This document shows positions 31,778 through 41,358 of a stretch of 63,427 bases of DNA, one piece after another. Source of the DNA: an uncultured Ruminococcus sp. (lineage in GTDB: Bacteria; Bacillota; Clostridia; Oscillospirales; CAG-272). The position numbers were made by a program, and so were the translations under genes. Below the pieces are notes generated by a model. It saw only the letters and a list, made by a program, of their open reading frames with translations. It was not told the DNA's origin and made no database searches. Every line of letters begins with the position of its first letter. The stretch's first letter is position 1. The stretch is taken from positions 1 to 63,427 of the forward strand of contig CAZUUA010000010.1 in assembly GCA_964623635.1 (NCBI GenBank), in the 5' to 3' direction.

Positions 31778-32556
31778 TGAGCGCATATGATAAGGTGACT
31801 TTGGCCCGTTCGTCCGGTCGTGCCATGGGCAGCTTTTACATCGACCGGATCATCGATGATTTCGTGGAATTCCACGGTGACCGGCGGTTTGCGGACGATG
31901 GTGCCATCTGCGGCGGTGTTGGCTTTCTGCACGGCGAACCGGTGACCTGCATCACCATGAAGCGTGGGGATTCCCTGGAAGAACGGATGAAGCGCAACTT
32001 TGGTTGTCCATCTCCGGAAGGCTATCGGAAGGCTCTGCGGCTCATGAAGCAGGCAGAAAAATTCCACCGGCCGGTGATTTGCTTCATCGGCAGTCCCGGT
32101 GCCTACTGCGGTATCGGTGCCGAAGAACGGGGACAGGGACAGGCCATTGCGGAAAACCTGTGGGAAATGTTCGGCATTCGGGTGCCCATCGTGACGGTGG
32201 TCATTGGCGAAGGTGGTTCCGGCGGTGCGCTGGCTCTGAGCATCTGCGACAGTATGATCATGTTTGACAATGCGGTGTATTCGGTGATCTCTCCGGAGGG
32301 CTGTGCCAGTATCCTATGGAAGGATTCTACCAAGGCACCGGAAGCCGCTGAGGTACTGCGTCTGACTGCGGAGGATCTCTATGGAATGCAGATCGCAGAC
32401 GTGATCCTGCGGGAAGGCTATCGCACCAGTGAAGAGATCGCCGTGGAGCTGAAGGGGATGCTGGTAAAGGAGATCGGCCGTCTCAGCCGTCTTTCCACAC
32501 CACGGCTTTTGGCGACCCGGTACGAAAAGTTCCGCAGGATCGGCAGCGAAGCCTGA
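31777..32556 (+). CDS. accA: Acetyl-CoA carboxylase carboxyltransferase alpha
   Basis: HGDRRF, GYRKALR, GEGGSGGAL and SPEGCASIL motifs. Confidence 0.94.
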   Translation: MSAYDKVTLARSSGRAMGSFYIDRIIDDFVEFHGDRRFADDGAICGGVGFLHGEPVTCITMKRGDSLEERMKRNFGCPSPEGYRKALRLMKQAEKFHRPVICFIGSPGAYCGIGAEERGQGQAIAENLWEMFGIRVPIVTVVIGEGGSGGALALSICDSMIMFDNAVYSVISPEGCASILWKDSTKAPEAAEVLRLTAEDLYGMQIADVILREGYRTSEEIAVELKGMLVKEIGRLSRLSTPRLLATRYEKFRRIGSEA

Positions 32557-32577
32557 ACGACAAAACGATACGCAAAA

Positions 32578-32640
32578 CAAAAAACTGCTTTTTCGAAAAA
32601 TGTACATCTATACGGTACATTTTCGGAAAAGCAGTTTTTT
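32578..32640. terminator. Bidirectional terminator
   Basis: AAAACTGCTTTTTCGAAAA...TTTTCGGAAAAGCAGTTTTTT long inverted repeat. Confidence 0.85.
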
Positions 32641-32652
32641 CATTGGGGAAGC

Positions 32653-33516
32653 TCACTTTCCACCATGGCGAAAGGTACTGGGGGAAACCTTTGTGTATTG
32701 CCGGAATGCGGAGGAGAAGTGCTGGCTGTCGTAAAAGCAGAGCTTTCTGGCGATCTCACCAATGGGAATATTGGTCTCCCGCAGCAGGATCTGTGCCTGC
32801 TCCATACGCAATTTGGTCAGGTACTGCATGGGTGTGATGCCGAACTGTTTTTTGAATATGCGGATACAGTGGGAGTCGGTCACATACAGCTGGGCTGCGA
32901 TCTCGCCGATGGAGATGTCGTGATAGATATATTGATCCAGCAGCCGGCGTATCTGAAAGGGCAGGGTGTCCTTTTCCTCCGTGATGCCAAAGGTCTCCTT
33001 TTGCCGGAACAGGGACAGGATGTCGTATACATTTGTAGAAATACGGCGCATATTGTCCAGCACATTGGCAGGGGTCGTACCACGCAGGATCTGTGCGATC
33101 TCCCACATTTGCATCTCCACCGGGCAGGACTGCACCAGAACCGTGTCGGTGGGCAGCGCAAACAGAGCACGCCAGGACGACCAGACGGTGCCGGTCATTT
33201 GGATCCAGATCTTTTTGAAGGGGTCGTCCTTATCGGCCTGAAACCGCACCGGTGCTCCTTTGGGAATGAACAGCAGCTTGCCCGGGGTCAACGGATGTAC
33301 GCCGCAGGAGTCGGTGATGGTGCCGGTGCCGGAGAGGGTGTAGTCCAATATAGTACAGGGACAACCGCCGCTGTCCGCCGGAAACGCCACATCGTATCGA
33401 GGATTGGGCTGGGTCAGACCGCATAGGATCACATTGAAAAAGGGGATCCGTGTTTGCCGGATATAGACGAATTTTTCACCCCAGGTATTGGTGGCAAACC
33501 AATGTGCAAGTTCCAT
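32653..33516 (-). CDS. AraC family transcriptional regulator
   Basis: Cupin N-terminus; FKKQFGITPMQY and FYDSQHFSSAFR HTH motifs. Confidence 0.92.
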   Translation of the reverse strand: MELAHWFATNTWGEKFVYIRQTRIPFFNVILCGLTQPNPRYDVAFPADSGGCPCTILDYTLSGTGTITDSCGVHPLTPGKLLFIPKGAPVRFQADKDDPFKKIWIQMTGTVWSSWRALFALPTDTVLVQSCPVEMQMWEIAQILRGTTPANVLDNMRRISTNVYDILSLFRQKETFGITEEKDTLPFQIRRLLDQYIYHDISIGEIAAQLYVTDSHCIRIFKKQFGITPMQYLTKLRMEQAQILLRETNIPIGEIARKLCFYDSQHFSSAFRQYTKVSPSTFRHGGK

Positions 33517-33575
33517 GGTTTCTCCTTTGTATCTCCAGATCAATTTTTTACACTTTTTTTGGTATATCCACGGTA

Positions 33576-33604
33576 TTGACAAAAGATGATGCCTATATTA
33601 TACT
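33576..33604 (+). promoter_or_regulatory. Sigma-A promoter of the solute-binding protein gene
   Basis: TTGACA-17-TATACT. Confidence 0.7.
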
Positions 33605-33654
33605 ATAAAACGAAGTAAAAAGCAACCCGATATGGGCAGAAGGGAGAAACAGAT

Positions 33655-35118
33655 ATGCACAAAAGAATATGTCTGCTTTTGGCGATCCTGACCTGCAGCG
33701 CAGCATGGACGGGATGTCAGAAGCAGGAAATAGAGGATACGACACAGGACACGGTCAATACCGCTGTGGAAACGGTGGAAGCAGAGGAAGCGGACACCAC
33801 GGTGACAGACGATCTGCCGGAGAAGGACTTTGGTGGGGCCGATATGCAGATTTTGACCACCACGTGGTATGAGGCGACCAAGTATATCTATGCCGAGGAA
33901 GAAAACGGAGAAGCCATCAACGATGCCCTGTTTTCCCAGCGTGCCGAGGTTGAGGATCGGTTCAATGTATTGATCGAGATCACAGCAGACCAAGACTGCA
34001 TACCACTGGCGACCACGCTCCACAATCTGGTGATCTCCGGGGATGACAGCTATGATGTTTTCTATAACCACGACCTTTTGACCATCGGCAATGCGCTCAA
34101 AGGAGATTTCTACGACCTGCGGCAGGTGGAAGTGATCAATTTTGACAAGCCCTGGTGGAATGGTTCGACCGAGGTATTCACCATCCAAGGAAAGCTGCCC
34201 TGTACGGCAAATCCGCTGGCACTGAGCGGTATTTACATGAACTATGTGTTAGCCGTTAACAAGGATATCGCCGCAGACCTGGGTATCGAGATCCCGTACG
34301 AAGATGTACGGCAGGGAACCTGGTACATCGATGACCTGATCACATTGGCTGAGCTGGCGACCATCGACACCAACGGAGACGGTCTGTTGGATGATAAAGA
34401 CCAGTGGGGACTGCTCACCTCTATGTATGGGCAAATGGGCCTGCAGTCGGATCTGGAAGGCACGGTGCTGGGGAAGGACAAAGACGGCAATCTACAATTC
34501 GTGGATACGCTGGAGCATACGGTATCCATTCTGGAAAAGACGGATAGGCTCATGGAATTTACCATCGACGACTATGGCGAGGCAAACCAGTTTGGTGTAG
34601 AGCTGTTTGTCGCCAACAAGGGTCTATTTATGTTCGCCGAAAACCGCAACCTGTACGAGACGGTACGAGATGCAGATATTTCCTATGGCGTACTGCCGTT
34701 CCCGAAATTCGATGAGAACCAAAAGGAATTCCGCTCCTCCGGCTGTGACATCTACTGGGCGATCCCCCTGTCTTCCGCTGGCAACAGTGAACTGATCGGT
34801 ACACTGGTGGAGGCCATGAGCTGCTACAACTACAACTATGTGGTGCCGAAGGTATGGGATACGGTGCTGGGTGGCAAGCTGGCCGATTCTCCGGACGATT
34901 ACGATATGTTCAAGATCATTCGAGACGTGCAGTACGTGGATCTGGGTTATGCCTTCAGCGGCAATGTCTTTAATGGGGAAGACAACAAGCTGTCGGAGCT
35001 GATCTATCTGGTGCGCAATACCGATGCCGGTTCTGCCGTTTCCTATATCGAAGCGAGAAAGCAGGCAGTGGTTTTCACCATCGAAAAGATCAACGAGACC
35101 TATGCCGAACTGCCGTAA
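33655..35118 (+). CDS. Extracellular solute-binding lipoprotein
   Basis: Lipobox WTGC; LPEKDFGG, DTNGDG loop and YGVLPFPKFD motifs. Confidence 0.85.
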   Translation: MHKRICLLLAILTCSAAWTGCQKQEIEDTTQDTVNTAVETVEAEEADTTVTDDLPEKDFGGADMQILTTTWYEATKYIYAEEENGEAINDALFSQRAEVEDRFNVLIEITADQDCIPLATTLHNLVISGDDSYDVFYNHDLLTIGNALKGDFYDLRQVEVINFDKPWWNGSTEVFTIQGKLPCTANPLALSGIYMNYVLAVNKDIAADLGIEIPYEDVRQGTWYIDDLITLAELATIDTNGDGLLDDKDQWGLLTSMYGQMGLQSDLEGTVLGKDKDGNLQFVDTLEHTVSILEKTDRLMEFTIDDYGEANQFGVELFVANKGLFMFAENRNLYETVRDADISYGVLPFPKFDENQKEFRSSGCDIYWAIPLSSAGNSELIGTLVEAMSCYNYNYVVPKVWDTVLGGKLADSPDDYDMFKIIRDVQYVDLGYAFSGNVFNGEDNKLSELIYLVRNTDAGSAVSYIEARKQAVVFTIEKINETYAELP

Positions 35119-35133
35119 AAACATAAAAAATAC

Positions 35134-35162
35134 TTGACAAATCCAGCATAGTATTGTATACT
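35134..35162 (+). promoter_or_regulatory. Sigma-A promoter of the GH51 gene
   Basis: TTGACA-17-TATACT. Confidence 0.7.
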
Positions 35163-35201
35163 ATGACCATACCTACTCGTATTACAACGGAGGAGCATCC
35201 T

Positions 35202-36644
35202 ATGGCAAAAATCTGTTTACTTCCCTGCAGCAGCGCAGGTACCATCACACCGGAGATCTACGGCCATTTTTCCGAGCATATCGGCGGCGTATTTCGGGAT
35301 GGGCTTTGGGTCGGTGAAGATTCGGCCGTTCCCAACACCGATGGCTTCCGCAATTTCGTGATCGAAAAATTCCGGGAGCTGGATCCGCCGGTGCTGCGTT
35401 GGCCCGGTGGCTGCTTTGCCGAGACCTACAAGTGGCGTGACGGCATCGGTCCCCGTGACAAGCGTCCCACGACCATGGGCTGGTGGTACCGCAACGATGG
35501 CCGGTTAGAGACCAATGAGGTGGGTCTGCACGAGTTTCTCCACTTCTGTGAAATGACCGGTGCCAAGCCCTATGTGGCTGCCAACATCACCGGCATGACG
35601 CCCATGGATATGCGTGACCTGATGGAATATTGCAACGCACCGGCAAACTCCACTACCTTGGCAAAGGAACGTGGGGAAAACGGACACGCCGAGCCCTTCG
35701 ACATTCCCTATTGGGGCATCGGCAACGAAAACTGGGGTGGTGGTGGCAATATGACCCCGGCACAGTACGCCCGTGAATATGTGAAGTACGTGACCCTGTG
35801 CGACACGGTCAATCTCCACGGTGCCAAGTACGTGGCCTGTGGTGCGGACTCTGCCAACTACCACTGGACGGACGGCTTCATGCGGGAGTATGCCCATCGT
35901 GTGCCTTTGTATGCCTTGGCGTTCCATTACTACTGTGGTGCATCCGGGGACTGCGTCAACTTCACCAGAGAGCAATGGGACAATCTGGTGGGTAGAGCCG
36001 GACGACTGGACGACATGATCCGGCGGCACAGTGCGGCCATGGAGCTGCACGATCCGGAGAAAAAGGTCAAGATCATCGTGGACGAATGGGGTGCATGGCA
36101 TCCGGAAGGCAGTGGTCCCTCCAAGGGCTACAACCTGTTCGAGCAGCAGAGCACCATGCGTGACGGTGTGATCACGGCTCTGAGCCTGAACGCCTTCAAC
36201 AACCATTGCGACCGGGTGGTCATGGCCAACGTGGCACAGCTTTGCAACAACATCCACTGCCTGTTCCTGACCGCCCATGACAACGCCATCGTTACGCCAA
36301 CCTATTATGTCTTCAAAATGTACAAGAACCACATGGGTGCCAGACAGATCGGTACTGCCGTGGACGGCGAAGGGCTGTCGGTATCCGCATCGGAAAAGGA
36401 CGGCAAGACCACGGTGACCATGGCAAACCTGTCCTACGACACCGCACAGGATGTGGAGATAGACACCTTTGGCGGACAACTGAAGGAGGCCAGTGTCACG
36501 ATCTTAGGCGGCGATCCCCATGCACACAACACCTTCGAAGCCCCGGACACCGTCATTCCCACAAAACCGGAAACGATCGCTGTGGTGGACGGCAAGCTGC
36601 ACGTAAAGCTGCCCTGCGCCTCGGTGGCATTGGTGGAATGGTGA
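35202..36644 (+). CDS. abfA: GH51 alpha-L-arabinofuranosidase
   Basis: YGHFSEH, RWPGGCF, WGIGNENWG, VDEWG and MANVAQ motifs. Confidence 0.93.
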   Translation: MAKICLLPCSSAGTITPEIYGHFSEHIGGVFRDGLWVGEDSAVPNTDGFRNFVIEKFRELDPPVLRWPGGCFAETYKWRDGIGPRDKRPTTMGWWYRNDGRLETNEVGLHEFLHFCEMTGAKPYVAANITGMTPMDMRDLMEYCNAPANSTTLAKERGENGHAEPFDIPYWGIGNENWGGGGNMTPAQYAREYVKYVTLCDTVNLHGAKYVACGADSANYHWTDGFMREYAHRVPLYALAFHYYCGASGDCVNFTREQWDNLVGRAGRLDDMIRRHSAAMELHDPEKKVKIIVDEWGAWHPEGSGPSKGYNLFEQQSTMRDGVITALSLNAFNNHCDRVVMANVAQLCNNIHCLFLTAHDNAIVTPTYYVFKMYKNHMGARQIGTAVDGEGLSVSASEKDGKTTVTMANLSYDTAQDVEIDTFGGQLKEASVTILGGDPHAHNTFEAPDTVIPTKPETIAVVDGKLHVKLPCASVALVEW

Positions 36645-36683
36645 AAATGGTGAAATCGATCAAACGATAGCATAAACAATATG

Positions 36684-36717
36684 AAACCTCCGTATGGCTT
36701 GCCCTGCGGAGGTTTTT
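36684..36717 (+). terminator. Rho-independent terminator
   Basis: AAACCTCCG...CGGAGGTTTTT. Confidence 0.8.
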
Positions 36718-36763
36718 GTGTGCTTTTGTCGCAGTTCCTGCTGCCGTATTTTTTCATATCCTC

Positions 36764-36792
36764 TTGACAATTGCCGCTGGTTCTGCTATACT
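36764..36792 (+). promoter_or_regulatory. Sigma-A promoter (extended -10)
   Basis: TTGACA-17-TATACT with TG. Confidence 0.72.
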
Positions 36793-36852
36793 GTGACTAA
36801 AGCTATATTTTGGTGCAAATACACCGATACGATCCCCAAAGGAGCAATTACT

Positions 36853-37965
36853 ATGTGTGAAAAATTACAAAAAGGACAATGGTCCAGTGTAAGAGCATGG
36901 GAATGGTACAATGCCCAACCCTGGATCCGTGGCTTTGCGGGCTACCCCTCTAACTGCGTAAACCGGATCGCTCTGTGGCAGGCGTACGGACACAAGGAGG
37001 TCATGGAGCAGCTGGACTATGAGCTGGGTCTGGCGGCGGATATCGGCTACAATGCCGTCCGTGCCGTGCTCCAGTTCGAATGCTGGTACTACGAACACGA
37101 TGCCTTTATGCAGAATCTGGAAGACTACCTGACCGTGGCAGACCGCCATGGGATCAAGGTCATGCTGTGCTTGGGCAACGACTGCTGTGTGCCGAAGACT
37201 TTTTGGAAAGCGCCGGTGTTTGGCGAACAGCCCGTAGACTGGGGCTACCACAGCGGCATCAAAAAGGGTCCCCACGCCGGTGGCTACACCGAACCGGGCT
37301 ACCAGCTCTTGGATGATCCGGAAATTGGCCCGGCTTATTTCACCATGGTGGACGAGATCGCCGGAAAATATGCCAAGGACGAGCGGATCCAGATCTGGGA
37401 CGTGTGGAACGAAATTGGCAACAGCCGCCGTGGCATGATGAGCGTACCGGCCATGGAGCGCTTCTTCGAGATCATCCGCTCCCACGATCCCATCCAGCCC
37501 CTGACTGCCGACATCTGGCGCATGACCACCGATTGGTCGAAGGTGACCCCGGAAGAGTTGCGTGCCGTGGAGCTGTCCGACGTGATCACCTTCCACTACT
37601 ACGGTCCCTATGCCGATATGGTGCAGATCATCGAGGTGCTGCGGGAACACTGCGACCGGCCGCTGATCAACAACGAATGGCTGAATCGGCTGGGTGGCAA
37701 TCACGTGAACGAGATCTTTCCCCTGTTCTATCTGGAAAAAATTGGTTCCTACAACTGGGGCCTGATGCAGGGCTATTCCCAGACCTTTGAACCATGGGGC
37801 GGTATGTTCGACGAAGCCTTCCTCCAGGGCAAGCGTGACCTGACCAAATGGCAGCACGACCTGTTCCGGTTCAACGGTTACCCCTACGACCCCAACGAGA
37901 TCCGGCTGATCAAACGCTTTTGTGACCTGGCCGACAAACGGTGGGAAAGAGAAATGGGAAAATAA
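36853..37965 (+). CDS. GH5-like clan-A glycoside hydrolase
   Basis: QWS..AWEWY..QPW N-terminus, WDVWNE acid/base, TFHYY, NNEWL nucleophile, WQHDLFR. Confidence 0.8.
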   Translation: MCEKLQKGQWSSVRAWEWYNAQPWIRGFAGYPSNCVNRIALWQAYGHKEVMEQLDYELGLAADIGYNAVRAVLQFECWYYEHDAFMQNLEDYLTVADRHGIKVMLCLGNDCCVPKTFWKAPVFGEQPVDWGYHSGIKKGPHAGGYTEPGYQLLDDPEIGPAYFTMVDEIAGKYAKDERIQIWDVWNEIGNSRRGMMSVPAMERFFEIIRSHDPIQPLTADIWRMTTDWSKVTPEELRAVELSDVITFHYYGPYADMVQIIEVLREHCDRPLINNEWLNRLGGNHVNEIFPLFYLEKIGSYNWGLMQGYSQTFEPWGGMFDEAFLQGKRDLTKWQHDLFRFNGYPYDPNEIRLIKRFCDLADKRWEREMGK

Positions 37966-37985
37966 TAACAAAATAAACAGACAAA

Positions 37986-38021
37986 AAAGACCCATACGGG
38001 GTGAAACCTGTATGGGTCTTT
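37986..38021. terminator. Bidirectional terminator
   Basis: AAAGACCCATAC...GTATGGGTCTTT. Confidence 0.82.
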
Positions 38022-38053
38022 CTGAAGTCAACGCTGTTCAGTGTTTACTTCAT

Positions 38054-38521
38054 CTATGCATTCTCCGAAAGTATCTCTCTGTCCAGGATTTCCGCAGCGG
38101 TGCGCACGAATCGGACACAGGGGCGTTCCTTGTAGTATTGTGCCGTCCGGGCTTCCGGAATGGGAGAGTTGTCTTTTTTCAGGCCGGCGATCAGTTCCCG
38201 ACAGATGATGGTGCCGTGTACCCCTTTGAACTCTGCCGCCAAATGCTGGACTCTGGTGTAGTGCGCTGCCTTTTCGCCACCTTCACCGGTACCTTCGTAG
38301 CCCCACAGGATACCGGCGATCATAAGCATGGAGGACACCGTTCCGCAGACCTCCCGCATTCGTCCCATGCCGCCGCCAAAGGAAGACGACAGCCGCATCG
38401 CCGTGGCAAAGTCCATGCCGGTCACATCACAAAAGGCACCCATGACCGATTGGGCACAGCTGTAGCCGGACAAAAACAGCGCCGCTGCCCGGTCTGCGTG
38501 GTGGATAGTCGTGGTTTCCAT
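38054..38521 (-). CDS. C-GCAxxG-C-C family putative redox protein
   Basis: GYSCAQSV, GGGMG..VCG, ICREL and a final Cys. Confidence 0.9.
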   Translation of the reverse strand: METTTIHHADRAAALFLSGYSCAQSVMGAFCDVTGMDFATAMRLSSSFGGGMGRMREVCGTVSSMLMIAGILWGYEGTGEGGEKAAHYTRVQHLAAEFKGVHGTIICRELIAGLKKDNSPIPEARTAQYYKERPCVRFVRTAAEILDREILSENA

Positions 38522-38536
38522 ACGATGGCCTCCTTG

Positions 38537-39625
38537 TTATTTCGATTCCGTGTCGTAATGCCGGGTCACAAGCATGGCCAGCAGCAGAGCCGTCACCGCT
38601 GCCACCGCCTTGCCTACGATCATGGGCAGCACCAGCGTGGGTTCCATAGCGTTACAAAATGCCATGTGATCCCCCAGCAAATAGCCGCCGCTGACCAAAA
38701 ACGCAAAGTTCAACACCTTGCCCCGGCGATCCATGTCTCCGGTCATGCCCATGGTGGGGATGCAGTTGGCGATGGTGGTGACCAGTCCCGTGGTGGCGGT
38801 GCTGTTGATGTGCAGCCCTTGCCCCAGCTTTTCCACAGGTTTCGCCAACAGCCGAGACAGCAGCGTGACCATGACGTAGGTCCCCGGCAGGATCAATACG
38901 ATGTTTACTACCAGATCCATAGCGTCCCGAATGTCGCCCAGCCCCGGCAGTACCATAAGCCCGGTGACGGATTGGCAGATGGACAACACACAGGCCAGGG
39001 TCGCCACGATGCTGATGACCTTGCCGAAGAGAAGAAATGCCTTGGCAATGCCACCCGGAATCAGCCACAGCAGCAGGGCGATCAGCAGCGACACCACGAT
39101 CACCGGGATCAGCAGCCGCAGGGTCAGCAGTGCATCGTAGCCAGCCACCAGTCCCCCGCAGAAGCAGCCGATGGGAATGGTGATAAAGCCGCACAGGATC
39201 CCCAGGGACATAGCAGGTCGGTCCTCTGTTTTGACCATGCCCAGCGCCACGGGAATGTTGAAGACGATGTTGGCGCCCATCATACTGCCCAGCAGCATCC
39301 CCCCCAGACCAATGGCCTCCGGTGAGGCAGAAAGGCTCTGGGAAAGCGGATACCCACCCATGTCACAGGCCAAAAGCATACCTACCACCATGGCAGGGTC
39401 GATCCCGAAAAAGGCACACACCGGCGTGATCAGGGGACCGATGTACCCTTCCACATATGGCAGCAGCACCAGCACACCGGTCATGGTGACGGCCAGCGAA
39501 CCAAAGGCTTCAAAGCCCCGGCAAAATTGGGTACCCAGTCCGAACCGGTCGCCGATCAAATGATCCAGCGCACCGATCAGCATAAATACCATCATGCACC
39601 CGGTCAGGAGCTGTGGAAATGTCAT
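38537..39625 (-). CDS. eutH: EutH-family ethanolamine permease
   Basis: LACDMGGYPL, GSMMGA.IVF.IPV, LGDHMAF and MIVGK motifs. Confidence 0.9.
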   Translation of the reverse strand: MTFPQLLTGCMMVFMLIGALDHLIGDRFGLGTQFCRGFEAFGSLAVTMTGVLVLLPYVEGYIGPLITPVCAFFGIDPAMVVGMLLACDMGGYPLSQSLSASPEAIGLGGMLLGSMMGANIVFNIPVALGMVKTEDRPAMSLGILCGFITIPIGCFCGGLVAGYDALLTLRLLIPVIVVSLLIALLLWLIPGGIAKAFLLFGKVISIVATLACVLSICQSVTGLMVLPGLGDIRDAMDLVVNIVLILPGTYVMVTLLSRLLAKPVEKLGQGLHINSTATTGLVTTIANCIPTMGMTGDMDRRGKVLNFAFLVSGGYLLGDHMAFCNAMEPTLVLPMIVGKAVAAVTALLLAMLVTRHYDTESK

Positions 39626-39773
39626 GCTCGTTTCCTCCTCTTTTTGCAAAAAAGTGTTTGTCAAAAAAGTTTGTTAAAAAGCGTTTTTCCAAAAAGTGTT
39701 GTACAAAAACGCCGTGCCTGTACACAGATACAAAGAACGGCGTTTGGGATCTCGATGGCTAACCAAGTTGGTC

Positions 39774-39821
39774 GAGTAACACAGCTACTGAGTAACACAG
39801 CCACTGAGTTGCGCAGCCACT
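39774..39821. repeat. Three tandem 16-bp repeats abutting the SulP stop codon
   Basis: gagtaacacagctact / gagtaacacagccact / gagttgcgcagccact. Confidence 0.85.
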
Positions 39822-41095
39822 CACTTGGCCTTAGCCTGCGTATCCTTCTGCAGGAGCTTCTTCCAGAGCAGCGGCACATACGCCACAGCCAGACCGACGA
39901 GGATAGCAACCACCAGATCAAACAGGATGGTCAGTGCAAAGGTCAGCACCAGCACCAGAATGTCGTGGAAGCCGGCGGTCTTGCAGATGTGGACGAACTC
40001 CCGCCATTCGCTCATGTTGTAAGCGACCAGGAACAACACAGCGGCGATGATGGGCATGGGGATCCAGGCGGCGTAGGGCATGAGCAGTACCAGCACCAGC
40101 AGCAGTACCACAGCGTGTACCATACCGGCCACAGGGGTACGACCACCGTTTTTTACGTTGGCGGCGGTACGGGCAATGGCACCGGTGGCAGGAATACCGC
40201 CGAACAGACCGGATGCAATGTTGCCCAGCCCCTGTGCGATCAGCTCCGTATTGGAGTTGTGCTTGTCCCCGATCATGCCGTCAGAGACCACGCAGGACAG
40301 CAGCGACTCGATCCCTGCCAGAATAGCAATGGTGCAGGCACTGGAGAACAGCGAGGTCACGGAAGACAGGGTAAAGGTCGGTACAGACAGGGTGGGCAGG
40401 GCACGGGAGATGGTGTACAGGTCACCGATGGTGTTCACCTGCAGGCCGGTCAGCTTGACTACCAGCACACCGACCACAACGGCGATCAGGGAACCGGGGA
40501 TCTTTTTCGATACCTTGGGCCACAGGATCAAAATGGCAAGACCGATGCAGCCCACCAGTACTGCCCAGAGGTTCAGGGTACCGATGGAGGAAGCAACGGC
40601 AGCGAGCTTTTCGGTGGTCTCAATGGCGTTGGTACCGGCAGGGTAGGTCAGGCCGAGGAAATCCTTCAGCTGTCCCACCACGATGGTCACGGCGATACCG
40701 GCGGTAAAACCGGTGGTGATGGTGTGGGGAATGTATTTGATCAGTGAACCAACACGGCAGATGCCCATGAGGATCAGCAGTACACCGGCCATCAGCGTAG
40801 CGATCACCAGACCGTCTGTGCCATGCTGTGCTACGATACCGGCCACGATGGTTGCAAAAGCGGCCGTGGGACCGGAGATGTTGACGGCACTGCCACCGAA
40901 GAGAGCGATGACGAAGCCGGCCACGATGGCGGTGTATAATCCCTTTTCGGGAGAAACACCGGATGCGATGGCCAAGGCAATGGACAGAGGCAGTGCGATG
41001 ATTGCCACGATCAACCCGGCAACCAGGTCATTCACCAGCTTTTTGCCGGAATACTGTTTCATAGTGTCGATGATTTTTGGTCTAAAAATGTTCAT
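39821..41095 (-). CDS. SulP/SLC26 anion permease, no STAS domain
   Basis: DLVAGLIVAIIALPLSIALAI, ISGPT, IESLLS and ATGAIART motifs; ends right after the last TM helix. Confidence 0.9.
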   Translation of the reverse strand: MNIFRPKIIDTMKQYSGKKLVNDLVAGLIVAIIALPLSIALAIASGVSPEKGLYTAIVAGFVIALFGGSAVNISGPTAAFATIVAGIVAQHGTDGLVIATLMAGVLLILMGICRVGSLIKYIPHTITTGFTAGIAVTIVVGQLKDFLGLTYPAGTNAIETTEKLAAVASSIGTLNLWAVLVGCIGLAILILWPKVSKKIPGSLIAVVVGVLVVKLTGLQVNTIGDLYTISRALPTLSVPTFTLSSVTSLFSSACTIAILAGIESLLSCVVSDGMIGDKHNSNTELIAQGLGNIASGLFGGIPATGAIARTAANVKNGGRTPVAGMVHAVVLLLVLVLLMPYAAWIPMPIIAAVLFLVAYNMSEWREFVHICKTAGFHDILVLVLTFALTILFDLVVAILVGLAVAYVPLLWKKLLQKDTQAKAK

Positions 41096-41303
41096 GTGAT
41101 CTGCAGCAAAGCCTCCAGAGTTCTGGGATAGATGTGGGTCAAAAGGGACACAGCGCACGACAATGACCCAACCAAAAGCGTGTCGCCGAAGATATATTAT
41201 ACACCTTTTTTGCCGGTTCCGCAATGGATGGAGATACAGAAATATCCCGCGTCTACAACAGAAAACTTGTCGAATATGGGGAGCGATGCGCCGCAACAGC
41301 CGC

Positions 41304-41338
41304 AAAAAAAGACACACGGACGAACCATGTGTCTTTTG
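41304..41338 (-). terminator. Rho-independent terminator
   Basis: AAAAGACACA...TGTGTCTTTT with a T7 tract on the minus strand. Confidence 0.78.
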
Positions 41339-41358
41339 AGGGTTATCGGGAAGGGAGC

